DNA of 64,000 bases from Patescibacteria group bacterium. Lineage in GTDB: Bacteria; Patescibacteriota; Microgenomatia; JAMCZE01. The notes beneath the pieces are model-generated. The model ran no database searches and was not told the DNA's origin. It saw nothing but the letters and a program-made list of their open reading frames with translations. This document shows, one piece after another, positions 56,027-64,000 of this stretch; positions within the stretch are counted from its first letter, which is position 1; every line of letters begins with the position of its first letter. The position numbers and the translations under genes were made by a program. The stretch spans positions 405,200 to 469,199 of the forward strand of contig JAMCRP010000001.1 of assembly GCA_023380635.1 (NCBI GenBank), in the 5' to 3' direction.

Positions 56027-56833
56027 GTGAAAGAAAAAAGAGGCAACATCCTGGTTATTATCCCGATTCTTGTAATTCTTCTTACTATTGCTGCCGGATA
56101 TCTTTATTTCCAAAAACAGGAAACAAAACCTGCTTCACAAGTTGTTCAGAAAACAGCTAAGAATACACCTGGCGAAACCGCTAGCAATTCTGCTAAATTC
56201 CCACCATCGCCCGTTCCGCCTGTTAATCCCAATAAAGACCCGTTGTCGCTTTACACCACTGATTATCTGAAAAGACAATTTCCCCCAAACAAGTTTATGG
56301 GGTTGGAAAATTATCCGCAGGAAATCACTTCCGTTAAGGAATCGGATTTAGTTGGTCTGAAATGTTCGCCTTACTATAATAAAGACTGGAACGGAATCTG
56401 GTATCGCAGCGGCGACGGAAAAAAACTGGCCGACGGTTCCCAGGAAACCTCAGCCTTCTTCCAGAAACTGCAGTCTTTCTCGGAAATTCTTATTAAAAAA
56501 CCCATTGAGTCCAACTTCCAGCTTTGTGAAACCGAAGACGGGCGGCAATTGGTTTTACACGATAACCACCTCGGTCTGGTTAAGGCTGATATCACTTTTG
56601 TTCCCGTTACTACTCTTTCTGATCCCGGTGATCCTTATTTCGTCTGCCCCAACCCGATCCAGCTGACCAAGAGTGATCTTTTCTATTATGAATGCGGCTC
56701 CGGTGACGGTGGGGCAGCTTATGGTTTTCTGTTTCGAATTGACTTAAACCAAAAAACCAGCCAATTAATTCGTAAATGCCAAACCCTTGATGCCCAACTA
56801 ACCGGAAGTGAAAGAGAAACTAAATGTGAATAA
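56027..56833 (+). CDS. membrane-anchored hypothetical protein
   Basis: KRG-NILV hydrophobic N-terminus; six Cys. Confidence 0.75.
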   Translation: MKEKRGNILVIIPILVILLTIAAGYLYFQKQETKPASQVVQKTAKNTPGETASNSAKFPPSPVPPVNPNKDPLSLYTTDYLKRQFPPNKFMGLENYPQEITSVKESDLVGLKCSPYYNKDWNGIWYRSGDGKKLADGSQETSAFFQKLQSFSEILIKKPIESNFQLCETEDGRQLVLHDNHLGLVKADITFVPVTTLSDPGDPYFVCPNPIQLTKSDLFYYECGSGDGGAAYGFLFRIDLNQKTSQLIRKCQTLDAQLTGSERETKCE

Positions 56834-56850
56834 TCTGATATACTAATTTC

Positions 56851-57249
56851 ATGAAAGGTTTTTCCGTCAACATTGAACAGGCCACTTTGGAAAACACCAA
56901 TTTCCGCAAGGTGTTGTATACCGCCAAACATTCTCAGTTGGTCTTAATGACTCTCCAGCCCAAAGAAGAAATTGGGATGGAAGTGCATCCGGATAATGAC
57001 CAGTTTTTCCGCTTTGAAAAAGGCACCGGTAAGGCAATCATTGACGGCAATGAGTATCCGATTAGTAATGGCACAGTCGTGATTGTCCCGGCCGGAGCGC
57101 AGCATAATATTATTAATCTCTCGGAAACGGAAACCTTAAATCTTTACACCCTGTATTGCCCTCCACATCATCAGGACGGCGTTTTGCGGGCCACAAAAGC
57201 GGAAGCGGTGGCCTCGGCCCCGGAATTTGACGGCAAAACTTCCGAATAA
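56851..57249 (+). CDS. cupin domain protein
   Basis: EIGMEVH..DQFFRFEKG...VPAGAQHNIIN. Confidence 0.92.
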   Translation: MKGFSVNIEQATLENTNFRKVLYTAKHSQLVLMTLQPKEEIGMEVHPDNDQFFRFEKGTGKAIIDGNEYPISNGTVVIVPAGAQHNIINLSETETLNLYTLYCPPHHQDGVLRATKAEAVASAPEFDGKTSE

Positions 57250-57291
57250 GCTTCTTACCGCGTTTTTATATGAAAAGTTAATAGTGGCGGC

Positions 57292-57597
57292 GTGTTAGCT
57301 TTTCTCCTTATCCTCTTGTTGGCCCTGTGGATTTTGGGCTATGTCACTATTCCCGGTTTGGCGGTGCCCGCCTTTCCCTTGTTTTACATCGGCGCCCACC
57401 CGGTGACCATTTGGGACCTTCTGGTTTTTGCCGTCATTATCTGGGCCGCCAGCGTTTTACCCTCGCCGATCCGGCAAATTGTTTGGGTGATTGTGGTTTT
57501 GTGGTTATTGTCGATACTTGGAGTCCTGGTTTTTGCCGGCTTACCCAGTCTTCTGATTATTGCCGTAATTTTGGGCCTGTTAATCGCTATTTTTTAG
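57292..57597 (+). CDS. small membrane protein
   Basis: 101 aa, about 4 TMs. Confidence 0.7.
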   Translation: MLAFLLILLLALWILGYVTIPGLAVPAFPLFYIGAHPVTIWDLLVFAVIIWAASVLPSPIRQIVWVIVVLWLLSILGVLVFAGLPSLLIIAVILGLLIAIF

Positions 57598-58360
57598 CCA
57601 CCGCCACCAGTTGGTCTCCCAGGCCCGTTACTTTAGCCTTGATTAGTAAGAGAGCAAACACTGCGCCTTTTATTCCTGGGACCTGATAGTCCATGTTTAT
57701 TACCGAGATATTAACGTTATTAAAAACGTTATTCTCTAATAATTGATGCAAAGTGGCGGGAGAAAATTGCCAGAGGTGTTGGCTGGGCTGTAAACCATAC
57801 CATCGCTGTCGAAAAATAAAATACATGAGGGACCGGATATTCGGACAGGAAATTAAAATTATGCCGCCGGGTTTTAAGAGCTTTTGGCATTTACCCAGAA
57901 AAGTATTCAAATCCGGCACATGTTCAATGACATGTTTTAAGATAATCGCGTCATATTTTTTTCTGGCCTTAAATTTTTCCAAAGAAGTTGCCTGAATTTT
58001 TACACCCAATTTTTTAGCACCTACTGCCACAAATACTTTAGCCGGTTCAACGCCTTCCGCTTTAAAGCCTCTTTTGTTGGCTTCTTTGACTAAAAACCCC
58101 GTCCCCGCCCCGATATCCAGAAGACTGCCTTTACTAATAGGTAAGTAGTCGAGTAGTTCTTTGGCATATTTCTCGTGTTTACTCCTGTCTTCGCCAAACT
58201 GGCTCAACGCCTCTTTTCTGCTCTCGTATATCCGGTTCTTTTTCTTGGTGACCGTTTTTATCAACCCACACTTTTGACACCTTTCTAAAACAAATCCTTT
58301 CCCCACCAGATATTTCTCCCAGCGATTACCTTCACAAACCGGACATTTCGTTTTTTCCAT
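57587..58360 (-). CDS. class I SAM methyltransferase with N-terminal Zn-ribbon
   Basis: CPVC..CQKCG; LLDIGAGTG; HVIEHV; LKPGG. Confidence 0.88.
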   Translation of the reverse strand: MEKTKCPVCEGNRWEKYLVGKGFVLERCQKCGLIKTVTKKKNRIYESRKEALSQFGEDRSKHEKYAKELLDYLPISKGSLLDIGAGTGFLVKEANKRGFKAEGVEPAKVFVAVGAKKLGVKIQATSLEKFKARKKYDAIILKHVIEHVPDLNTFLGKCQKLLKPGGIILISCPNIRSLMYFIFRQRWYGLQPSQHLWQFSPATLHQLLENNVFNNVNISVINMDYQVPGIKGAVFALLLIKAKVTGLGDQLVAVAKK

Positions 58361-58374
58361 AGTCTGATATTACA

Positions 58375-58767
58375 TCAGACTACCATGTTGGGCGTGTAGG
58401 CCACCTCCAAAATCATCCCGTCGGGGTCATAAAAATCACAAGTGTAGTAACCGGCAGAATAATTTTCCATGGAAATCGGCCCGGCAAAAACCCGGTGATG
58501 TTGAGAAATCAGCCAGCGGCAAACCTCATCCACGACCTCCCGGCTAGTAGCCTGCAAACAAAGATGGTGCACGCCCAGCGACAGGACCCGCGAGGTTGAC
58601 GATTCTTCGCGAAGATAAATCTCCGTTTGGCCGTTGGACCAGCCGCCTTCCCGGATTTCTTTCCAGCCTGTCAGGGCAAAAATTCTGTTATAAAACTCCT
58701 GTGACCTTTTAAAATCGGAGACCCAGATTTCCAGATGGTTTATTCCCGGCGCTAATTGGACTGGCAT
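58375..58767 (-). CDS. VOC/glyoxalase family protein
   Basis: INHLEIWVSD..S..FY, GVHHLCL, FYDPDGMILEV. Confidence 0.9.
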   Translation of the reverse strand: MPVQLAPGINHLEIWVSDFKRSQEFYNRIFALTGWKEIREGGWSNGQTEIYLREESSTSRVLSLGVHHLCLQATSREVVDEVCRWLISQHHRVFAGPISMENYSAGYYTCDFYDPDGMILEVAYTPNMVV

Positions 58768-58862
58768 AACCGACCTTCTAACATATAAATAAAAGAAACC
58801 GGTAAAAGCCTTGATTTCGAAGCTAAATTCGCTTAAAATCGCCCGGTCTGCCCGAAAAACTT

Positions 58863-59405
58863 TTGGCTGCTATCAAAAATTGGGGGCTGCTCTTGCTTGC
58901 GGCTTATCTGCTGTTTTCGCTTCATCCAAACGGCATCCTGGCTTCCGACACTAAAGAAGTATTGGCTCTCCGGCCAAAACCCACCCCGGCCGTTATCTCT
59001 CCGGTTAACACTAGTAACAGTGACAATCGCCTGATTATTCCGGCCATCGGTCTGGATACGAAAATTGTTCCCACCGGTTTAGGACCAGACGGTTTACAAG
59101 TCGTGCCGGACAAAATTCCCGGCTGGTACGCTTTGGATTCCAAACCAGGGGAGAGAGGTAACGCCGTTCTGGTCGGCCATACCCCCGGCATCTTCTCCAA
59201 AATTATCAATTTAAAACCCGGCGATAAGATTTATGCTGACGGAGCAACTTACGAAGTGACTAAAAATGTTTTATATACTGTCAGTAACTTCCCCACTTCA
59301 GACATTTATGGTCCCTCGAATGACTTTAATTTAATTATGATTACCTGCACCGGAATTTCCGGCCGAACGGTCGTTTTCTCTAACAGGATCCTTACCCCCC
59401 GTTAA
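58863..59405 (+). CDS. class F sortase
   Basis: LIIPAIG, GWY..PGERGNAVLVGH, LIMITC, R; start uncertain. Confidence 0.85.
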   Translation: MAAIKNWGLLLLAAYLLFSLHPNGILASDTKEVLALRPKPTPAVISPVNTSNSDNRLIIPAIGLDTKIVPTGLGPDGLQVVPDKIPGWYALDSKPGERGNAVLVGHTPGIFSKIINLKPGDKIYADGATYEVTKNVLYTVSNFPTSDIYGPSNDFNLIMITCTGISGRTVVFSNRILTPR

Positions 59406-59460
59406 CCCCAAAATTTCCTGCACGTTTTAGCATGCCCTTCTGAAAGGAGGTGGAAAAGAT

Positions 59461-59679
59461 ATGACCAGAACCCTCATTACCGCCGTTCTCGCTTTTGCCC
59501 TGGCGTTCTTTGCTGTCGTGGGAATTGCTCGTGCCCAGACAGCTACTGACCAAAGCACTACTAATCCCAGTGGCACAACCCAAAACACTACCCAGCAGGG
59601 AACTTCCGGCACCAGCGGAACCAGCAGCTCAACCAGTACCACGACCACACCCAGCGGTGCTCCGTCAACCGGGTTCTAA
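59461..59679 (+). CDS. small secreted Thr/Ser-rich peptide ending APSTGF (putative sortase substrate)
   Basis: AAGGAGGTG SD; signal peptide ARA-Q; between two sortases. Confidence 0.8.
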   Translation: MTRTLITAVLAFALAFFAVVGIARAQTATDQSTTNPSGTTQNTTQQGTSGTSGTSSSTSTTTTPSGAPSTGF

Positions 59680-59689
59680 TTTAATCTAA

Positions 59690-60256
59690 ATGAAAAGGGC
59701 GATAGTTACTTTGATCGCTATTGCCCTGGGCGCTCTAGCCGCAGTATTTGTTGTCAGGCCGAGGTTGCCTCCGATTCCGGCATTCATTAATAGTCAGGCA
59801 AAAACCCCAGTGGCCGATCCGGCCCGGTTGGTTATTTCCAAAATCGGGGTAAACGCAGCCATCGAACCGGTCGGCTTAGACAAAAACGGTAATATGGGCG
59901 TTCCGACAAATATTTATAACGCCGGCTGGTATGCCTTAGGTCCTAAACCCGGGCAGATCGGTCAGGCAGTCATCGACGGCCACCTGAACACTCCGGAGTT
60001 GCAACCAAACATTTTTTGGAATCTGAAAAAGCTGCAACCGGGGGATATTGTCACTATCTTGGATACCTCAGGGCAACAATACAATTTTATTGTTCAGAAA
60101 GTGGTCAGCGAAAATACAGTCGACTTTCCGATCCAAAAAATTTTCGGCCCGGCTAGCCGGCCGCAGTTAAATCTGATTACCTGCGACGGGGTCTGGAGCA
60201 ACCAGAAGGGAACATACTCTCAAAGAGTGGTCGTTTATACTGATTTGGGGCGGTAA
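59690..60256 (+). CDS. class F sortase
   Basis: AGWY..GPKPGQIGQAVIDGH, LNLITC.G.W...YSQRVVVY. Confidence 0.92.
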   Translation: MKRAIVTLIAIALGALAAVFVVRPRLPPIPAFINSQAKTPVADPARLVISKIGVNAAIEPVGLDKNGNMGVPTNIYNAGWYALGPKPGQIGQAVIDGHLNTPELQPNIFWNLKKLQPGDIVTILDTSGQQYNFIVQKVVSENTVDFPIQKIFGPASRPQLNLITCDGVWSNQKGTYSQRVVVYTDLGR

Positions 60257-60711
60257 ACATAAACCCCTTCCCGCTGCAAAACCGGGAGCCAGTGGGGAAA
60301 CACGAAGACATTGGAAATAATTAGCGTTCCCGGTTTAGCTTCGCTCTCAATTTTTTTCTCCAGTTTTTCCATGATAGAAGTAATGCCGTAAAGCGTAATT
60401 ACATCGGCCTCGCTTAAGTCCGTCTCCCAAAAACTTTGAGCAAGAATGTTAGCCTTATTATTTAGCCTGGTATTGGCAATATTTCGCCGGGCCAGCGCTA
60501 CCCGCTCCGGACTGATTTCTACTCCCGTCGCTTCAGCCCCGTTTTGGGCAAAGGCGATCACCACCCGCCCATCGCCAGCCCCCAAATCGATAGTTTTTTT
60601 ACCCTGAAGCGGCCCGGCCAGCTCTACCATTATTCGTACTTTTTCTTCCAGGCTGGGAACAAACGGAATGTCATATTTTTGAGAACTAAGGTCAGGAAAA
60701 GTAGGAGTCAT
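60235..60711 (-). CDS. class I SAM-dependent methyltransferase
   Basis: PFVPS, IDLGAGDGR, GVEIS, KPGT.IISN.F. Confidence 0.88.
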   Translation of the reverse strand: MTPTFPDLSSQKYDIPFVPSLEEKVRIMVELAGPLQGKKTIDLGAGDGRVVIAFAQNGAEATGVEISPERVALARRNIANTRLNNKANILAQSFWETDLSEADVITLYGITSIMEKLEKKIESEAKPGTLIISNVFVFPHWLPVLQREGVYVYRPKSV

Positions 60712-60758
60712 GAGCGCAAATAGTAACCAAAGACTGTAAGAAATCGTTAAATCAGAAG

Positions 60759-61265
60759 TTAGGTTTTTAAATCCCCCGGAAAATCCTGAATCAGTTTTTG
60801 AATTTTCGGATCAATAATGACCCGACAGTAGGGATAGTCCGGATTGTTTTCATAAAAGTTCCGGTGATACTCTTCCGCCGGATAAAACCTGGTCAAGGGT
60901 CTGATTTCCGTCACGTATCCCGGCTTTAACATTTCTTCCGCAATTTTTTTCTGCTTATCGTTACGATAAAAAATGGCCGAGCGGTACTGGGTTCCTTCGT
61001 CATAACCCTGTTTATTCATAGTAGTAGGATCATGCAGGGCAAAAAACACTTCCAGGAGTTTTTGGAAAGAAAGAACCCTGGGATCAAATTTAACCTGAAC
61101 CGCTTCGACGTGGCCGGTGCCGCTCCTTAATACTTCTTCGTAGGAGGGGTCGTCCAAAACTCCGCCGGTATAGCCGGGAATAACAGAGGTGACTCCTTTT
61201 AGCCGTTTAAAAATTGCTTCGGTACACCAAAAACACCCGCCTGCCAAGGTCGCCGTTTCTTCCAT
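60759..61265 (-). CDS. msrA: peptide-methionine (S)-S-oxide reductase
   Basis: AGGCFWCTEA, HDPT, GTQYRSAIF, AEEYH. Confidence 0.96.
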   Translation of the reverse strand: MEETATLAGGCFWCTEAIFKRLKGVTSVIPGYTGGVLDDPSYEEVLRSGTGHVEAVQVKFDPRVLSFQKLLEVFFALHDPTTMNKQGYDEGTQYRSAIFYRNDKQKKIAEEMLKPGYVTEIRPLTRFYPAEEYHRNFYENNPDYPYCRVIIDPKIQKLIQDFPGDLKT

Positions 61266-61384
61266 TGTAGTATCGTACTGAAAGAGCGTAAAAAATTAAT
61301 AAGAGTTCATAGTAATTTTTCCTCTTGACGCAAAATTACCCGGAATGGTCTACTGGTATAAGAGACAGAAAGCGAGGTGAAAAT

Positions 61385-61480
61385 ATGGTTAAACACTTAA
61401 AAAAAGCCTTGTGCAAGCTGGGCTGCCACCATTACTGCGACAGCTCCTGCTGTAAAAAGACCGGCAAAAAGAAAAAGTAA
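61385..61480 (+). CDS. 31-aa Cys/His/Lys-rich peptide
   Basis: MVKHLKKALCKLGCHHYCDSSCCKKTGKKKK; GAGGTG SD; upstream TTGACG. Confidence 0.6.
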   Translation: MVKHLKKALCKLGCHHYCDSSCCKKTGKKKK

Positions 61481-61493
61481 CTTTTTAGCCGTC

Positions 61494-61524
61494 TCTCAGC
61501 TAAATTTCAGCTCTGCGGTATAAT
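61494..61524 (+). promoter_or_regulatory. OmpR/PhoB-type direct-repeat box and -10
   Basis: TCTCAGC-4-TTTCAGC (11-bp period), then TATAAT. Confidence 0.55.
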
Positions 61525-61534
61525 AACTGCTCGT

Positions 61535-62215
61535 ATGAGAGTTTTGGTCGTGGAAGACGAGCACAAGATTGCTTCCTCCATTAAAAAAGGCCTGGAACAG
61601 GAGTCTTTTGCTGTGGACTTAGCCTTTGATGGCAATACCGGTTATGATCTGGCCGCCTCGGAAGATTATGACATTATCCTTCTCGATCTGCTTTTGCCGG
61701 AAATGTCCGGCATGGAAATTTGTAAAAGGCTTCGGGGCGGAGGAATCCACACCCCCATTCTTATCCTGACAGCCAAAGGCCAACTGGAAGACAAGGTTAA
61801 CGGCCTCAACGCCGGGGCCGACGATTATCTAACCAAACCTTTTGCTTTTGAAGAACTTTTGGCTCGGGTCAAAGCTCTGGGCCGCCGGCCTAAAAATTCT
61901 TTAGGAACCAGCCTTTCTGTTGAAGACTTAACATTGGATACCGTGTCCTACGAAGTCATGCGAAGTGGTAAGAAAATCCCGCTATCCAGTCGGGAATACG
62001 CTCTCCTGGAATATCTGATACGACACCATGACCAAACCCTGTCTAAAGAACAAATTATCAGCCATATTTGGGATTACGACGCCGATGTTTTGCCCAATAC
62101 CGTCGAAGTTTATATTGGTTATTTGCGTAACAAAATTGATAAACCTTTTCCCCAAAGTCCGGCTTTAATTCACACTGTCCGGGGTTTTGGCTACCGGCTG
62201 GGCAAGGCTAGCTAA
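61535..62215 (+). CDS. OmpR/PhoB family response regulator
   Basis: LVVEDE, LLDLLLP, GADDYLTKPF, IHTVRGFGY. Confidence 0.96.
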   Translation: MRVLVVEDEHKIASSIKKGLEQESFAVDLAFDGNTGYDLAASEDYDIILLDLLLPEMSGMEICKRLRGGGIHTPILILTAKGQLEDKVNGLNAGADDYLTKPFAFEELLARVKALGRRPKNSLGTSLSVEDLTLDTVSYEVMRSGKKIPLSSREYALLEYLIRHHDQTLSKEQIISHIWDYDADVLPNTVEVYIGYLRNKIDKPFPQSPALIHTVRGFGYRLGKAS

Positions 62216-62219
62216 GAAT

Positions 62220-63245
62220 ATGTTTCATTCCGCCAGATTAAAACTGACCGCCTGGTATCTTCTTATTATCATGCTGATTACCGTGTCGTTTAGCGTGGCC
62301 ATGTACAGGGTCAGCACCTCAGAACTGGACCGGATCGAACAGACTCTGCGCAGCCGCTCGGAGCGGCGGATTATTTTACGGCCGGGCACGCCGACACCGC
62401 TTTATATTATCGATCCGGACATTCTGGAAGAAACCCGCCGGCGACTGATTGCGGTCTTAGCCATTATCGATTTGGGGATTCTGGTAATTTCCGCCGGGGC
62501 CGGCTATTTTCTGGCCGGCCGGACGCTGGGCCCGATTAAAGAAATGGTTGACGAACAAAACCGGTTCATTACTGACGCTTCCCACGAACTACGCACTCCC
62601 TTAACTTCGCTCAAAACGGCCACGGAAGTTTATCTGCGGGACAAACAGCCTAAGATTGCCGACACCCGGGAACTGATTGCCAGTAATCTCGAAGAGATTA
62701 ACCGGTTGCAATACCTTTCTGATAACCTGATTAAACTGACCCAGTACGGAAAAACCGAGAATGGCATCACTTTTGAGCCCGTCCGCCTGGCTAAAATTAT
62801 TGACGAAGCCGTTTCTAAAGTGGCTGCTCTTTCCAAAGCAAAAAAGATTACCATTGATAACCGAACGGCCGATTACCGACTGGAAGGCAACGCGGCCTCT
62901 CTTTGCGAATTGTTTGTAATTCTTTTGGATAACGCGATTAAATATAGTCCCGAGCACTCCAAAATTTCCCTGACTTCGAAAGGCAACAACCAGTCCGTTA
63001 CCATTGAGGTTGCAGATCAAGGTATGGGTATTGACCCTTCCGATTTGCCCCATATCTTTGACCGTTTCTACCGGGCAGACAAATCCCGCCACATTACTCA
63101 AACCGCCGGCTACGGTTTGGGCCTGTCGATTGCCGCTCAAATTATCAAAAAACACAACGGCTCAATTCAGGCTCAAAGCTGGCCGGGGGACGGCAGCGTT
63201 TTCTTTGTTAACCTTCCCCGCACCCAATCCTCACGGTTAATTTAA
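62220..63245 (+). CDS. sensor histidine kinase
   Basis: Two TMs, DASHELRTPL, LDNAIKYS, DQGMGI, GYGLGLSIA; start MFHSAR. Confidence 0.95.
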   Translation: MFHSARLKLTAWYLLIIMLITVSFSVAMYRVSTSELDRIEQTLRSRSERRIILRPGTPTPLYIIDPDILEETRRRLIAVLAIIDLGILVISAGAGYFLAGRTLGPIKEMVDEQNRFITDASHELRTPLTSLKTATEVYLRDKQPKIADTRELIASNLEEINRLQYLSDNLIKLTQYGKTENGITFEPVRLAKIIDEAVSKVAALSKAKKITIDNRTADYRLEGNAASLCELFVILLDNAIKYSPEHSKISLTSKGNNQSVTIEVADQGMGIDPSDLPHIFDRFYRADKSRHITQTAGYGLGLSIAAQIIKKHNGSIQAQSWPGDGSVFFVNLPRTQSSRLI

Positions 63246-63267
63246 CTGCCGTGTGATAGAATCCGTT

Positions 63268-63286
63268 TTCTAAGCAATTTCTCAGT
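63268..63286 (+). promoter_or_regulatory. second OmpR/PhoB-type box
   Basis: TTCTAAGC-3-TTCTCAGT, 11-bp period, similar to the box at 61494. Confidence 0.5.
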
Positions 63287-63310
63287 TTGCCATCATAAAG
63301 TTCGGCCCGA

Positions 63311-64000
63311 ATGAAAAAGATTATTAACTGGTTTAGGGATCACAAAATTTTAGCCGCGGTTATCGTGGTCATTGTTGTCGCTACCGGTCTCTTTGTCCGC
63401 CAAAAACTTTCGGCTAAACCCCAAACCACTACCCTCCAGACCGCAACCGTGGAACGCGGCACCCTGGTTGTTTCCGTTGCGGAATCTGGAAACATGGCCT
63501 CTGCAAACCGGTTGCCGGTCACCACCCAGGCTTCCGGCCAAATTAAACAGGTCTTCGTCAAAAACGGGCAGCAGGTTTCCGCGGGGCAAAATATTTTGGA
63601 ATTAGCCCTGGACCAGACCGGTCAGCAAAGAAACGCTTCCGCCTGGGCTTCCTATCTTTCGGCTCAAAATAATCTGACTACCGCCCAAAATAATTTGTAT
63701 TCTCTGCAATCAACAATGTATACCGACTGGCAAAAATACATGGACATTGCCCAAAACTCCACTTATCAAAATAGTGACGGGACCCCTAATGACGCCAATC
63801 GGGTCCTGACTCCCTTTACCATTGCTCAGGATAATTGGCTCTCCGCTGAGGCCACTTACAAAAATCAGCAAAATGTAATTACCCAAAATCAGGCAGCCCT
63901 CTCCAGTGCCTGGTTAAATTATCAGGGAACTTCGGCCATGGTTACCGCCCCGACGAGCGGTATCGTCTCGGATTTAGTCTTAACGCCGGGAATGGCAATT
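63311..64000 (+). CDS. efflux membrane-fusion (HlyD/MacA-like) adaptor; runs off window
   Basis: TM; TATVERGTL..SV..SG, ASGQIKQVFVKNGQQV..GQ, coiled coil, VTAPTSGIV. Confidence 0.88.
   Translation, partial: MKKIINWFRDHKILAAVIVVIVVATGLFVRQKLSAKPQTTTLQTATVERGTLVVSVAESGNMASANRLPVTTQASGQIKQVFVKNGQQVSAGQNILELALDQTGQQRNASAWASYLSAQNNLTTAQNNLYSLQSTMYTDWQKYMDIAQNSTYQNSDGTPNDANRVLTPFTIAQDNWLSAEATYKNQQNVITQNQAALSSAWLNYQGTSAMVTAPTSGIVSDLVLTPGMAI

Noticed and set aside
1-64000. Alternative genetic code 25 (TGA=Gly)
   Set aside because: Conserved genes are full-length in code 11, and TGA ends metG, tatD and lepA at the expected positions.

Overview
This is a compact chromosomal window read with standard code 11. 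Gene content points to a CPR/Patescibacteria organism, probably Microgenomates-like (inference from VirB2/TrbC-like pilin repeats, short TpiA, many genes without Shine-Dalgarno, class F sortases and no biosynthetic pathways). It holds core genes (two UvrD-family helicases, metG, tatD, tpiA, rpsT, murJ, lepA, smpB/tmRNA, comF, dnaG, rpoD, 7 tRNAs), a glycosyltransferase block, a pilin/T4SS-like surface cluster and an accessory region (47-64 kb). The most notable signals are six. (1) An integrase-free cassette array at the 3' end of tRNA-Asn, whose units are delimited by three 42-bp repeats conserved at the peptide level (LRAVDxIxNFYxQ then stop). (2) A GIY-YIG nuclease between tRNA-Asn and a half-tRNA copy whose D-arm is replaced by a perfect palindrome. 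(3) A compact cobalamin riboswitch in front of two unknown genes. (4) In-frame palindromic elements and 7-9-mer microrepeats inside essential genes. (5) A tmRNA with an apparently read-through tag. (6) Two sortases flanking an anchorless APSTG peptide. All calls come from manual reading; no database searches were run.
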